DNA of 64,000 bases from Longimicrobiales bacterium. Lineage in GTDB: Bacteria > Gemmatimonadota > Gemmatimonadetes > Longimicrobiales > Gaopeijiaceae. Made by a program: the position numbers and the translations under genes. The notes under the pieces are model-generated. The model ran no database searches. It saw only the letters and a program-made list of their open reading frames with translations, and was not told where the DNA came from. Location of the stretch: assembly GCA_965116905.1 (NCBI GenBank), contig OZ220732.1:2400001-2464000 (forward strand). The letters are read 5' to 3'. Positions 24,588 through 34,042 of the stretch are shown one piece after another (the first letter of the stretch is position 1; each line of letters starts with the position of its first letter).

Positions 24588-25053
24588 ACGGCTTCACGCG
24601 GCCAACCGGGCCCTCGTCTCGTTCGAGACCTGCGCCGTGGGAGCGCTCTTGGTTGCCGTCTGCGTCGTGGTCCTCCTCCAGGTGCTGATGCGGTACCTCT
24701 TCGCGTACCCGAATCCATGGAGCGAGGAGGTTTCGCGCTTCTGCTTCATCTGGCTTTCGCTGCTGGGGGCGTCGCTGGCGGTGGAGCACCGGGCGCACTT
24801 CGGGTTCGACCAGGTCATGAAGGCGCTCGCGCCGCGCGCGAAAAAGGTCGTGGAAGGGTTCTCCGGGGCGGTCGTGCTGCTGTTTTCGCTGCTCCTCATC
24901 GGCACCGGCATCGCGCTCATGGACCTGACCATGGGAGAGCGCTCGCCGGCGCTGAACCTGCCCGTCGCCGTCGTTTACGCCGCTGCGCCGGTGTCCGGTG
25001 TGCTGATGGTGGTGCACATGGTGGCGGGGTGGATCGGGGAGGACACCGGCTGA
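24571..25053 (+). CDS. dctQ: TRAP small permease (start uncertain)
   Basis: QVLMRY, WSEEVSRF, SPALNLP. Confidence 0.85.
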   Translation: MRKIRKRLHAANRALVSFETCAVGALLVAVCVVVLLQVLMRYLFAYPNPWSEEVSRFCFIWLSLLGASLAVEHRAHFGFDQVMKALAPRAKKVVEGFSGAVVLLFSLLLIGTGIALMDLTMGERSPALNLPVAVVYAAAPVSGVLMVVHMVAGWIGEDTG

Positions 25054-26327
25054 TGGGCGCGTTCCTGCTCGGCATCTTCGGCCTTCTGGTGCTGGCCGCC
25101 GTCCCCATCGGCTTCGCGCTCGCGATCGCGGCCGTGCTCGCCATCGTGGTGGCCGACCTCCCGCTGGTGGTCATCCCGCAGCAGATCGTCGCCGGGATGG
25201 ACTCCTTCCCGATGCTGGCCGTGCCGCTCTTCATCCTGGCCGGCTTTCTCATGGACGTCGGGGGGATCAGCCGCCGTCTGGTCACGCTGGCGCGGGCGCT
25301 CGTGGGGCACCTCCCCGGTGGGCTCGGGCAGGTGGTCATCATGGCCGAGATGTTCTTCTCGGGGGTGTCGGGCTCCACCTCCGCCGACGCGGCCGCGATC
25401 GGCGGCATCATGGTGCCGCAGCTGACCGCGAACGGGTACAGCCGGGCGCGCGCAACCGCGATCGTCTCGGCGGCGTGTGGGATGGGGATCCTGATTCCGC
25501 CGGCGATCGTGATGGTGGTGTACGGCGTCATCGGCAACGTCTCGATCGGCGCGCTGTTCGTCGCCTCGATCGTCCCCGCGCTCCTCCTTGCCGTGGGCCT
25601 GATGACGCAGATCGGATGGCAGGCGCGCAGGGCAGGGTGGCCGCGGGGCGAGCGCGCCTCGGTTGCGGAACTCCGTCGCGCGGCGGCCGACGCACTGCTC
25701 CCCCTCTTCATGATCGTGGTGATCCTGGGCGGCATCCGCTTCGGACTCTTCACGCCCACCGAGGCCGCGGCGGTGGCGGTGGCCTACGCGCTGCTGCTGG
25801 CCGGGCCGGTATACCGATCGCTCACAGCCCGTGAGCTGTGGAAGAAGATCGTCCAGACCGCCATGGTTTCGGGGATGGTCCTGTTCGTGGTGGGCGCCGC
25901 GCGCCTGCTGGGTTGGGTGCTGGCCATCATGCAGGCGCCACAGTCGCTGGCATCTTCGGTGGTGGCGATGGGTGGCGGCCCGGTCGGCTTCATGGTCCTC
26001 ACCATCCTCATCTTCCTTCTGCTCGGCGCGATTCTGGAGGGCGTTCCCGCGGTGGTCCTGCTCACCCCGATTCTGCTGCCCCTGGCCACGCAACTCGGGA
26101 TCGACCCCGTGCACTACGGCGCTGTCATCGTGGCGACCCAGGGGATCTCGGTGTTCCTGCCGCCGGTGGGTGTGAGTCTGCTGGTGGCGTGCTCCGTAGG
26201 CGGGGTCGAGCCGGCCGAGGTCGCGCGGCCGCTGTGGCCCTACCTGGCGCTGATGCTGGGGCTCACGGTGGTGATCGCGCTGGTCCCGGGGGTGGTCCTG
26301 TGGCTGCCCACGCTGCTCGGATACTGA
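25053..26327 (+). CDS. dctM: TRAP large permease
   Basis: AVPLFILAG, SGSTSAD, LIPPA, FTPTEAA, GIDPVHYG, PPVG. Confidence 0.92.
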   Translation: MGAFLLGIFGLLVLAAVPIGFALAIAAVLAIVVADLPLVVIPQQIVAGMDSFPMLAVPLFILAGFLMDVGGISRRLVTLARALVGHLPGGLGQVVIMAEMFFSGVSGSTSADAAAIGGIMVPQLTANGYSRARATAIVSAACGMGILIPPAIVMVVYGVIGNVSIGALFVASIVPALLLAVGLMTQIGWQARRAGWPRGERASVAELRRAAADALLPLFMIVVILGGIRFGLFTPTEAAAVAVAYALLLAGPVYRSLTARELWKKIVQTAMVSGMVLFVVGAARLLGWVLAIMQAPQSLASSVVAMGGGPVGFMVLTILIFLLLGAILEGVPAVVLLTPILLPLATQLGIDPVHYGAVIVATQGISVFLPPVGVSLLVACSVGGVEPAEVARPLWPYLALMLGLTVVIALVPGVVLWLPTLLGY

Positions 26328-26363
26328 GGCGGCGAGTCGGCCGGTCGCCGTGGGCAGGGCCCG

Positions 26364-27116
26364 TCAGTACCGGATGTCGCTCCGCCCGGCCGTCATCCCG
26401 ATATTGCCGACCCGGCGGCCCATCGTGTAGTGCTCGCCGCTCCCGGCGGTCATCCCGAAAAGGTCCACAGCGGGCACGATCAGGCGATCGTTTTCGTCGA
26501 CCGCGCCCTCGATGACCGTGGTTGCCACGACCTCCGCGATGAACAGCTTCCGCTCGGGCGGCACCTCGAGCGAGTCGACGGTCCGACATTCACAGTGGAT
26601 GGGGGACTCCGCCACCGTGGGTGCATCGACTGCCGTCGCCACGCCTCTTGTCAGACCGGAGAGCTCGAACTTGTCGGCGACTCTTCCGGAGTTCATGTCG
26701 ACGGTGTCGAACGCGCCGACCATCGATGCGAGCGGGACGTTCAGCACGAACTCGTCGTGTATCTCCAGGAGTTCCCTCGCCTGATGCTCGAAGCCCGCGC
26801 TTACCCCGATCTGGGGCGGGTCGCCGTTCACGACGAACGTCCATAGCACCGAGATCTCGTCAGGGTCGCCGGGACGGCCGTTCACGGTGAGCAGAATCGC
26901 GGGGACGGGCGGGAGCATCGGGCCGGGTGCCGCAAGCGGGCGGCGGGGGCCGGTGAGCGGTGTCGGCGAGTTGGCCCGGCTCTCGGGCGGAGACGACACG
27001 GGTCCGTCCTCCGGCGTCCGTTCGTCCGGCGCGCATCCCCAGACCGCCGTGACCGCGGCCGCAACCGAGCCCCGCTCCAGAAACCGTCTCCGCGACCAGG
27101 CGGGCACCGATGTCAT
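26364..27116 (-). CDS. Flavin reductase-like (DIM6/NTAB) protein with twin-arginine lipoprotein signal
   Basis: SRRRFL...VWGC; EFVLNVP, SGRVADKF, APTVAESPIHCEC, LFIAEV. Confidence 0.8.
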   Translation of the reverse strand: MTSVPAWSRRRFLERGSVAAAVTAVWGCAPDERTPEDGPVSSPPESRANSPTPLTGPRRPLAAPGPMLPPVPAILLTVNGRPGDPDEISVLWTFVVNGDPPQIGVSAGFEHQARELLEIHDEFVLNVPLASMVGAFDTVDMNSGRVADKFELSGLTRGVATAVDAPTVAESPIHCECRTVDSLEVPPERKLFIAEVVATTVIEGAVDENDRLIVPAVDLFGMTAGSGEHYTMGRRVGNIGMTAGRSDIRY

Positions 27117-27117
27117 C

Positions 27118-28257
27118 TCAATAGATCCCCGGAATGATCCGCCACCTCACCCGTGCCCGATACTCTGCCCACTTCTCCGCGCCGTACTTCTCGGCACAGT
27201 ACCTCTCGTCGAAACGCTGGCGGAAGGCGAAGAACGTGACCACGAACACCGTGTAGGTCCACGCCCAGGGGTTGGTGAAGTAGCCGAAGACCATGCCGAT
27301 CGAGAGGCCGAGGAACAACTCGCCCATGTAGTTCAAATGACGGGCGGCACCCCACAGGCCGCTGCAGAGGATCTTGCGGTCGCCGGCCTCGATGTACTCC
27401 GGCTCGATGAGCCCCAGGAACTTGCGGTCGGGCCATCGCTTGAACGTGTACTTCTGAAGGTTGGCGCCGCGCGAGATGCCCCACCCGAAAAGGAACAGCG
27501 CGGCCGCGCCGATCAGCCAGACCGACGTCCACGCCGGCGTGAATCCGGGATTCGGGTGCACCGCCATGCCCCACAGCGGCAGGATGAACAGCCATCCGTA
27601 GACCACGAGGCCACCCCAGATCATCTTGAAGCCGACGTTTTCGTGGATCAGATCGTAGGTGTAGAGCTGGACGCGCTCGAAGATGAAGTAATCCAGCACG
27701 TAGAAGGTGAAGAACGCGGCGTACAGGAAGACGCCCGGATTGGAGTCTGCGCCGAAAAGCTGGTAGTGGTACGCTGCCCCGGACAGGGCGTTCAGCGACA
27801 ACATCGCGCCGCCGACGACGTACAGGTACATCTTCACGTCGAAGCGCTCGTTGAAGAACGAGAGCTCCTGAGCGCGGCCATGCCACAGGGCGAGGAACCA
27901 GTGCCTTCTCTCGCCTCGCGGCTGACTGAACACCGCCACGAGGGCAAGGATGATGCACAGGTCGGTTCCTCCGACCACCGCGTATATCGAGGACCGGTAG
28001 AACCAGTCGCGCGGCATCCCGGTGAGTTCGAATGCCCACACGATCACCACAATTGCAAACACCAGGAGACCGTTCAGCCGGTAGTTGCGGGGCTTGCCGG
28101 TCTCCGGATCGATGACGTAGCCGGGAACCCGACGTGCGGGCAGCACGACCTGCAGGACGAAGAACACGGCGAAGATCGCGAGCGGCGTCAGATAGCCCGC
28201 GATCGCTTCCGTGCCGGACAGCTCCAGCAGGTGGCCGATACCAAGCCATTCAACCAT
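27118..28257 (-). CDS. ERG4/ERG24-family (Delta14/Delta7 sterol reductase-like) membrane reductase
   Basis: YRLNG, FDVK, TYDLIHENVGF, RGANLQK, ILCSGLWGAARHLNYMGE, DERYCAEKYG..W.EY..RVRWRIIPGIY. Confidence 0.85.
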   Translation of the reverse strand: MVEWLGIGHLLELSGTEAIAGYLTPLAIFAVFFVLQVVLPARRVPGYVIDPETGKPRNYRLNGLLVFAIVVIVWAFELTGMPRDWFYRSSIYAVVGGTDLCIILALVAVFSQPRGERRHWFLALWHGRAQELSFFNERFDVKMYLYVVGGAMLSLNALSGAAYHYQLFGADSNPGVFLYAAFFTFYVLDYFIFERVQLYTYDLIHENVGFKMIWGGLVVYGWLFILPLWGMAVHPNPGFTPAWTSVWLIGAAALFLFGWGISRGANLQKYTFKRWPDRKFLGLIEPEYIEAGDRKILCSGLWGAARHLNYMGELFLGLSIGMVFGYFTNPWAWTYTVFVVTFFAFRQRFDERYCAEKYGAEKWAEYRARVRWRIIPGIY

Positions 28258-28322
28258 GATGGAGTAATCCTGTGCCCGCGGACGGCCGGGGTCAAACGCA
28301 ACGACGACGGCGGGAGAGCCGT

Positions 28323-29519
28323 ATGGATGGAAAGCTTGTGGCGGTGCGCGGCTGGGGCCTCGTAGCCGCCGTTTTCCTGGCGCTTCCGGTCGCGGTGGGT
28401 CCGGTGGCGGGACAGGAGGAGCGGACTTTCCGGCCACTCAGGTCGTTGGGGGCGGGCAGCGAGCTGACGGCTTCGGTGAGCCTGGGCGACGTGAACGGCG
28501 ATGGCGCCCTCGATGTGGTGGTCGCCAACGGTCGCCACTGGCCCGGCCAGAACCGCGTGTACCTCAACGACGGGCGTGCCGGCTTCACGCTGGCGAGGCG
28601 CCTCGGTGACGAAGAGGCCGGCAGCTACGCGGTCCCGCTCGCCGATTTCGATGGCGACGGCGACCTGGATGTCGCGGTTGGCAACGACCGTACACGCAAC
28701 CTCGTCTTCCTGAACGACGGGACGGGCCGGTTTGCGGTCGGCACCACCTTCGGCACACCCAGTTCGACGCGAAGCCTGACGCTGGCCGATCTCAACGGCG
28801 ACGGGCACGCCGACATACTGGTCGTCAACCGCGGCCGTCAGAACTTCATCTTCCACGGCGACGGGTCGGGCGGGTTTGGCGAGTGGGTGCCGTTCGGAGC
28901 AGGGGACGACTCGACGATCGATGTCGTCGCCGCGGACCTCGACGGAGACGGGGATCTCGATCTTGTGCTCGCCAACCGCGACGGCGGAGCGAACACGATC
29001 CACTGGAACGACGCGGGCAGCCTGGAGCGGGTGAGCAGGTACGGCACCGGCAGCGACGAAACACGCGGTGTGGCGGTAGGCGACGTGGACGGCGACGGTC
29101 GGCTGGACATCGTGACCGCGAACATCGGCGAGGCGAACGCGGTGTACTTCGGTGACGGGGCTGGAGGGTTCGGGCGCAGCCTGCCGTTCGGATCCGACGA
29201 CGACCAGAGTTACGCGGTCCGGCTCGCGGACCTGGATCTCGACGGCAGGCTGGATATCGTCGTGGCGAATGTGGGTGTCCGGAACGCGGTGTACTTCAAT
29301 CGGGGCGTCGAGGCGCCTGGGGCCAGCGAGGCGTCGAGGTCCAGCGAGGTCCAGGGATTCGTCGAGTTCCGCTTCGGGTGCGGGGACTGTGCAACCTACG
29401 GATTGGCGGTCGGGGACCTGAACGGGGACGGGTTCCCGGAGATCGTCACCGCGAATTCGGGTGCGCCCAACGGGATCTTTGCGAATGTGGCGGTGGGGCG
29501 GGTCCCACCGCGCAAATGA
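28323..29519 (+). CDS. Secreted FG-GAP/VCBS-repeat beta-propeller protein
   Basis: Seven repeats of D(V/F/L)(N/D)xDGxxD(V/I/L)xxxN; signal peptide. Confidence 0.85.
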   Translation: MDGKLVAVRGWGLVAAVFLALPVAVGPVAGQEERTFRPLRSLGAGSELTASVSLGDVNGDGALDVVVANGRHWPGQNRVYLNDGRAGFTLARRLGDEEAGSYAVPLADFDGDGDLDVAVGNDRTRNLVFLNDGTGRFAVGTTFGTPSSTRSLTLADLNGDGHADILVVNRGRQNFIFHGDGSGGFGEWVPFGAGDDSTIDVVAADLDGDGDLDLVLANRDGGANTIHWNDAGSLERVSRYGTGSDETRGVAVGDVDGDGRLDIVTANIGEANAVYFGDGAGGFGRSLPFGSDDDQSYAVRLADLDLDGRLDIVVANVGVRNAVYFNRGVEAPGASEASRSSEVQGFVEFRFGCGDCATYGLAVGDLNGDGFPEIVTANSGAPNGIFANVAVGRVPPRK

Positions 29520-29689
29520 ACTCGTGTCGGCGCTGACGGGCGTTCGGCTGAAAACACCGGAACCATGCAAATGCAACGCGCCGTGTAAGATTTGTCAGGT
29601 TGTATGTCAACTGTGGTTTACAATCTGTCAACTCAGGTTGACATCGGCGGCCCTGGCCCGCCCACGACGAGGCGTCCCGCGCTCCGCGG

Positions 29690-30871
29690 CTATCCGCGGA
29701 CCAGTCGATACATCCGCACCGTCTGCACGCCCAGCTCGTCGGTATGGAACCCGAGGATGAAGTCCGCGCCGATGTCGGTGATCTCGAAGTCGCTCGGCGT
29801 CTCCAGATAGCCCACCAGCCGGCCCTCATTGTCGAAGATGTCCCATTCCTGCGGCCCTGGATCTTCGAGCAGATGGCTGCGGTAGCGTTCCACCCACAGG
29901 TTGCCGGCCTTGTCGGCGATGAGGGCGCCGTGGACCGGATGGTGGCTCGCAGGCTCGGTCGCGAGGATCCGCTCCACCGCCGGACCCGACGCGCCCTGAA
30001 GGCTCCGCTCGACCGCGGCCTGGGCCTCATCGATCTCCGGCTGCGTCACGGCCCGGGGCTCTCGATCCAGGCGCACGATCCGCCGCACCGATCCGGTTCG
30101 GTCATGTGCCACCAGCTCGAAGCGCCCGGATTGTCCCACCCAGGCCACATTGCCGCCCGCCGCAAACTCCGCGCGGGACGCGAAGCCCAGGGCAAGGCCG
30201 TTGCGGCCCAGCGGGCTGCCGGGGAATTCGCCGAGCGTCCCCAGGATCTCGCCCCTGCGGTCGACAGCATACAGGACGTGCGTGGATTGATCCCGTGTGT
30301 CCCGGGACGGCGACCGGGTGAGGGCGGCAATGAGGAGCGTGCCGTCCGTCAGCCAGCCGATCACGTTGGGGGCGGACGCGCCGGGAAGGCGGGGAATCGG
30401 GAATGATCGGCCGAACACGCCGGCCGGACTGAACAGGGAAACCCGCCCACCGGAGGGGTCGACCGCCGCGATCGTGTCGCTGGCCAGTTCCGCAATCGAC
30501 CAGAGCGTCGTGAATTCCCCAGGGCCTTCACCGAGTCGCCCGAAGGTGAGCACGTGGTCGCCGGCGTCGTCAAAGACGCGGACCTCCTGTGCGTGCCTGT
30601 CCGCCACGGCGATATGCCCGTTCGACAGTCGGACGGCGTGCGCGATGGCGCCGAATAGGTCCGAATCGGCGCCGTCTCCTTCGCTTCGTCCGATCTCGAG
30701 GACGGGGGGAGACGGAACAGTCCATTCGTCGCCAGCAGCATCGGCGGGGTTTTCGGCGACCATGACACCGGCGCTGTCGCGAACGACCGCGGTTTGCGAG
30801 GAGTCGCCCGCGGGTGCGCAGCCGAAGAAGACGGCCGATGCGGCCGTGAGCGGGAAGACGCGGCGGATCAT
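29690..30871 (-). CDS. Six-bladed beta-propeller lipoprotein
   Basis: FFGC lipobox; GRLGEGPGEF, DKAGNLWV, WDIFD, DELGVQTV. Confidence 0.78.
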   Translation of the reverse strand: MIRRVFPLTAASAVFFGCAPAGDSSQTAVVRDSAGVMVAENPADAAGDEWTVPSPPVLEIGRSEGDGADSDLFGAIAHAVRLSNGHIAVADRHAQEVRVFDDAGDHVLTFGRLGEGPGEFTTLWSIAELASDTIAAVDPSGGRVSLFSPAGVFGRSFPIPRLPGASAPNVIGWLTDGTLLIAALTRSPSRDTRDQSTHVLYAVDRRGEILGTLGEFPGSPLGRNGLALGFASRAEFAAGGNVAWVGQSGRFELVAHDRTGSVRRIVRLDREPRAVTQPEIDEAQAAVERSLQGASGPAVERILATEPASHHPVHGALIADKAGNLWVERYRSHLLEDPGPQEWDIFDNEGRLVGYLETPSDFEITDIGADFILGFHTDELGVQTVRMYRLVRG

Positions 30872-30922
30872 GCTTGCCTCCGGCTGATGTGGTTGGGCCG
30901 TCAGCGCCTCACGCCCGACCGT

Positions 30923-32098
30923 CTACCCAACCGGCCGGAACCGAACTCGGGCCACCCGCTGGACATCCAGCGAGTCGGTGGTGGTGCCGTAGAGCAGCGA
31001 CTCGCTCGCCCAGGGGACATCGCCGGGCCGGACTCGGCGCGGCCATTGGTAGCGCGCGACCAACGTGTTTCCCTCATAGACATCGGCTTCTCGCAGCTGG
31101 TTGCCTGCGGCCCCGGTCTTTTCGACCCATAGCCGGCCGGACTGGTCGAAGTAGATGGCACCGAGCGGCGGTTTGCGATCGGGGATCGGGAAGGGATGCT
31201 GGCCGAGATCGAGCCGCTGCAGGTCGCGGTCGATCCGGTCCTGCGCCCAGTCCTGCTCGGCGGGGCTGAGCTGGGCCCCGGGAAGGGCGGGACCCTCGAT
31301 CCGGGACGCCGTGCCGTCGGCATGGTGGAGGTTGACCACGTATTCGGAGGTGACGGCCTCGGCCCAGGCGCCGCCGCGGCCGTGTGCGTGAATCCACGTC
31401 GGGCCCAGGGGCTGATAGACGTACATCGTGACCGCCATCTCTCCGAACGTGCGGTCCACCGTGGTCGATCCGGTGGCCTGCCGTGCGGGATCGGCCATCG
31501 GCACCTCGTTGGTGACACCGTCCGCACCGACGTGGAAGCGCATCATGACGCTTTCGCCCTCGGGCGTATTCGATGAACCGATGTCGACGAGCTGGCCCGC
31601 GGCGTCGAAGGTGACCGGAGCGGTCATTCCCTGACTGAAATGGGCGATCTGCTGTCCGCCGACGTATTCCGCGCCTGCCTCGCCCAACTCGAATGCACTG
31701 TAGCGTGTGCTCTCGCGCACCCACAGCGCGCCATCGGGGCCGAACGCCAGGCAACAGGGGGAAGTCAGCTCGCCGGGGCCCTCTCCGGGACCGCCGAAAC
31801 GGAACAGGAAGCGACCCTCGGGATCGAAGACGCGGATCTCGTACGACTGCATGTCGGCCACGAGCAGCCGTCCCAGCGTGTCCTCGGCGATGGACCCTAT
31901 TCGGGTGAAGAGGTAGGGATCGTCGCCGTCGATTTCGCCGAACTCGAGGTCGACTGTGCCGTCGAAGGTGGGTACGGCGTCGAGCGCGCCGGCTTCCGCG
32001 TCGCTGCCTGCGTCGGCGCAGGCGGTGGTTGCCAGGTGAGCAAGCGCCAATGCGGGCGCGAGTCGGGCCGGATTGGAAAACGCTGGGGCGTGTGGCAT
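30923..32098 (-). CDS. Six-bladed beta-propeller lipoprotein
   Basis: TTAC lipobox; IRVFDPEG.FLFRFGGPGEGPGE, DQSGRLWV, DSLDVQRV. Confidence 0.78.
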   Translation of the reverse strand: MPHAPAFSNPARLAPALALAHLATTACADAGSDAEAGALDAVPTFDGTVDLEFGEIDGDDPYLFTRIGSIAEDTLGRLLVADMQSYEIRVFDPEGRFLFRFGGPGEGPGELTSPCCLAFGPDGALWVRESTRYSAFELGEAGAEYVGGQQIAHFSQGMTAPVTFDAAGQLVDIGSSNTPEGESVMMRFHVGADGVTNEVPMADPARQATGSTTVDRTFGEMAVTMYVYQPLGPTWIHAHGRGGAWAEAVTSEYVVNLHHADGTASRIEGPALPGAQLSPAEQDWAQDRIDRDLQRLDLGQHPFPIPDRKPPLGAIYFDQSGRLWVEKTGAAGNQLREADVYEGNTLVARYQWPRRVRPGDVPWASESLLYGTTTDSLDVQRVARVRFRPVG

Positions 32099-32280
32099 GG
32101 GTGTTGGCTCCGGTTGGCGTCGGTGGCCGCGTAGGACCGGGAACGCCCACTCGACATTGTGACTTCGTCCCGTTCGTGGTCCATACGGTGGGGCCAACGG
32201 GTTGGTTTACTCGGCCCCGGCCAATTCGTACCGATCCTGCAGGTTCTTCCGGCTCTGGGCGTCGGCCCCGTACCAACCCA

Positions 32281-32535
32281 TTGAGCCGTCACTCCCAGCA
32301 CTGTCAAGCCTGCAAGGACCGTGTCGGCCAGCTGTTGGAACGCATCTACGGGGGCTGCGTGCGGAATCACAGTTTCGGATGGCCAGCTGGCCTCGCCTCC
32401 TACTCGGATACTCCGATCGGTGCCACGTTGCGAGACGTGGCCCGGGGCCTGGAAGGACACAGAGGATTCGGAATCGACACGTTCGTACTGCGGATTGACC
32501 CGCGTGCTGACGCCCTGCTGACCCGCCCGTGTTAG
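32281..32535 (+). pseudogene. Probable gene fragment with HxxxCxxC motif, upstream of the MTase
   Basis: Protein-like stretch HSQHCQACKDRVGQLLERIYG...HSFGWP...LEGHRGF with no clear RBS; family not assignable. Confidence 0.35.
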
Positions 32536-32581
32536 CTTGAAGCACCGGAACGCGCTGCCCTCTCGCCCACGGATCCTCTCG

Positions 32582-34042
32582 ATGCGCGAAACACCGACTC
32601 GCAAGGATCTTGGCTCCTACTACACCCCAGCTGCCGTCGTCCGCACGCTGGTTTCGTGGGCGACAAAGAGAGGTCTCGACGGCTCGGTTCTCGACCCTTC
32701 ATGCGGCGATGGGCGCTTCCTCGACGACCTCGAAGACGCGGTGGGTGTGGATGTCGACCGTGTAGCCGCCGCCGAGGCTTCCCGACGTGTGGATGCCGAG
32801 ATCGTCCAGGCGGACTTCTTCGAGTGGGCCCCGAAAGCGAATCGCCGATTCGCTGCTGTTGTCGGCAACCCGCCCTTCATTCGGTACCAGCGGTTCAGTG
32901 GCCAGGCCCGCCGGCGGGCACTGGACTACTGCGCCGGTCAGGGCGTACAGCTGTCGGGCCTATGTTCGTCGTGGGCACCCTTTGTCGTCGGGGCTTCGCG
33001 CCTGCTGAAGCCAGGGGGATGCTTGGCATTCGTAGTTCCTGCCGAAATCGGACACGCAGTCTACGCGCGAGATGTCGTCCGGTATCTCCTCCGTTCTTTC
33101 GAGCGCGTCGAGGTGATCGCCGTCCGGGAGAAGCTCTTCCCCGACCTCTCGGAAGACTGTTGGCTCCTGCGGGCATCCGGATTCGGCGGGTGCGCCGATT
33201 CGATTCACTTTGTTCGACTCGATGCCCTTGAGTCCGACGAAGGTGTCTGGGCCTTCGAATCGGTGTCACTGGAAGAGCTCGATCGCTGGGGCTTTCGGCT
33301 ACGCGCACTTCTGGTTCCCTCGTCGATACGGGCCGCGTACCTGGATATCGCGGTTCACACGGCAGCCAGCAGGTTAGGGAACTTGGCGCGGATCGGGATT
33401 GGCTATGTGACCGGTGCCAACGACTTCTTCCATCTGCGCCCAAGTACGGCCGACGCACTGAGAATCCCGCAGGAGTTGCTCAGGGTCTCGGTCCGTTCCA
33501 CCCGTGACTTGGCAGTAGACAAAGTCGACGAGGATGTGGTGAGATCGTGGCTCGCTGACGACCGCCCCGTTCTCCTGCTGAATCTGGCCGGGCAAACCGA
33601 CCTGCCTCCCTCGGTCAAGGATTACCTGGCATCGGACGCGGGACAGGCAGCCAAGCAATCCTACAAGTGCCGCAACCGTCAACCATGGTTCGCGGTGCCA
33701 GACGTGAGGACCCCTCATGCGTTTCTGTCGATCATGTCCGGCCGAGGACCCAGGCTCGTTGGAAACGCAGCCGCGGCAACGTGTACCAACTCTGTTCATG
33801 CGGTCCACTTCCTGGATCAGGTGGACGCAATGCGGTATGTCAGCAACTGGACCAACGAGTTGACTACCCTCTCCTGCGAGCTCGAGGGGCACGCCCTGGG
33901 GGGCGGCGTGCTGAAGATTGAGCCCGCGGAGGCACGTCGTGTGCTCATGGCTCCTGATCTGGACCTGTCGGAAGAACAAAAGGAGCTGCTTCGTAGCGGT
34001 ACCCGCGAACTAAGGAGATGGAGGCATTTTCGTGCCGCCTGA
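32582..34042 (+). CDS. N6-adenine DNA methyltransferase (gamma order, Eco57I-M-like)
   Basis: GSYYTP, VLDPSCGDGRFL, VVGNPPF; C-terminal GYVTGANDFF, ELEGHALGGGVLKIEP. Confidence 0.9.
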   Translation: MRETPTRKDLGSYYTPAAVVRTLVSWATKRGLDGSVLDPSCGDGRFLDDLEDAVGVDVDRVAAAEASRRVDAEIVQADFFEWAPKANRRFAAVVGNPPFIRYQRFSGQARRRALDYCAGQGVQLSGLCSSWAPFVVGASRLLKPGGCLAFVVPAEIGHAVYARDVVRYLLRSFERVEVIAVREKLFPDLSEDCWLLRASGFGGCADSIHFVRLDALESDEGVWAFESVSLEELDRWGFRLRALLVPSSIRAAYLDIAVHTAASRLGNLARIGIGYVTGANDFFHLRPSTADALRIPQELLRVSVRSTRDLAVDKVDEDVVRSWLADDRPVLLLNLAGQTDLPPSVKDYLASDAGQAAKQSYKCRNRQPWFAVPDVRTPHAFLSIMSGRGPRLVGNAAAATCTNSVHAVHFLDQVDAMRYVSNWTNELTTLSCELEGHALGGGVLKIEPAEARRVLMAPDLDLSEEQKELLRSGTRELRRWRHFRAA

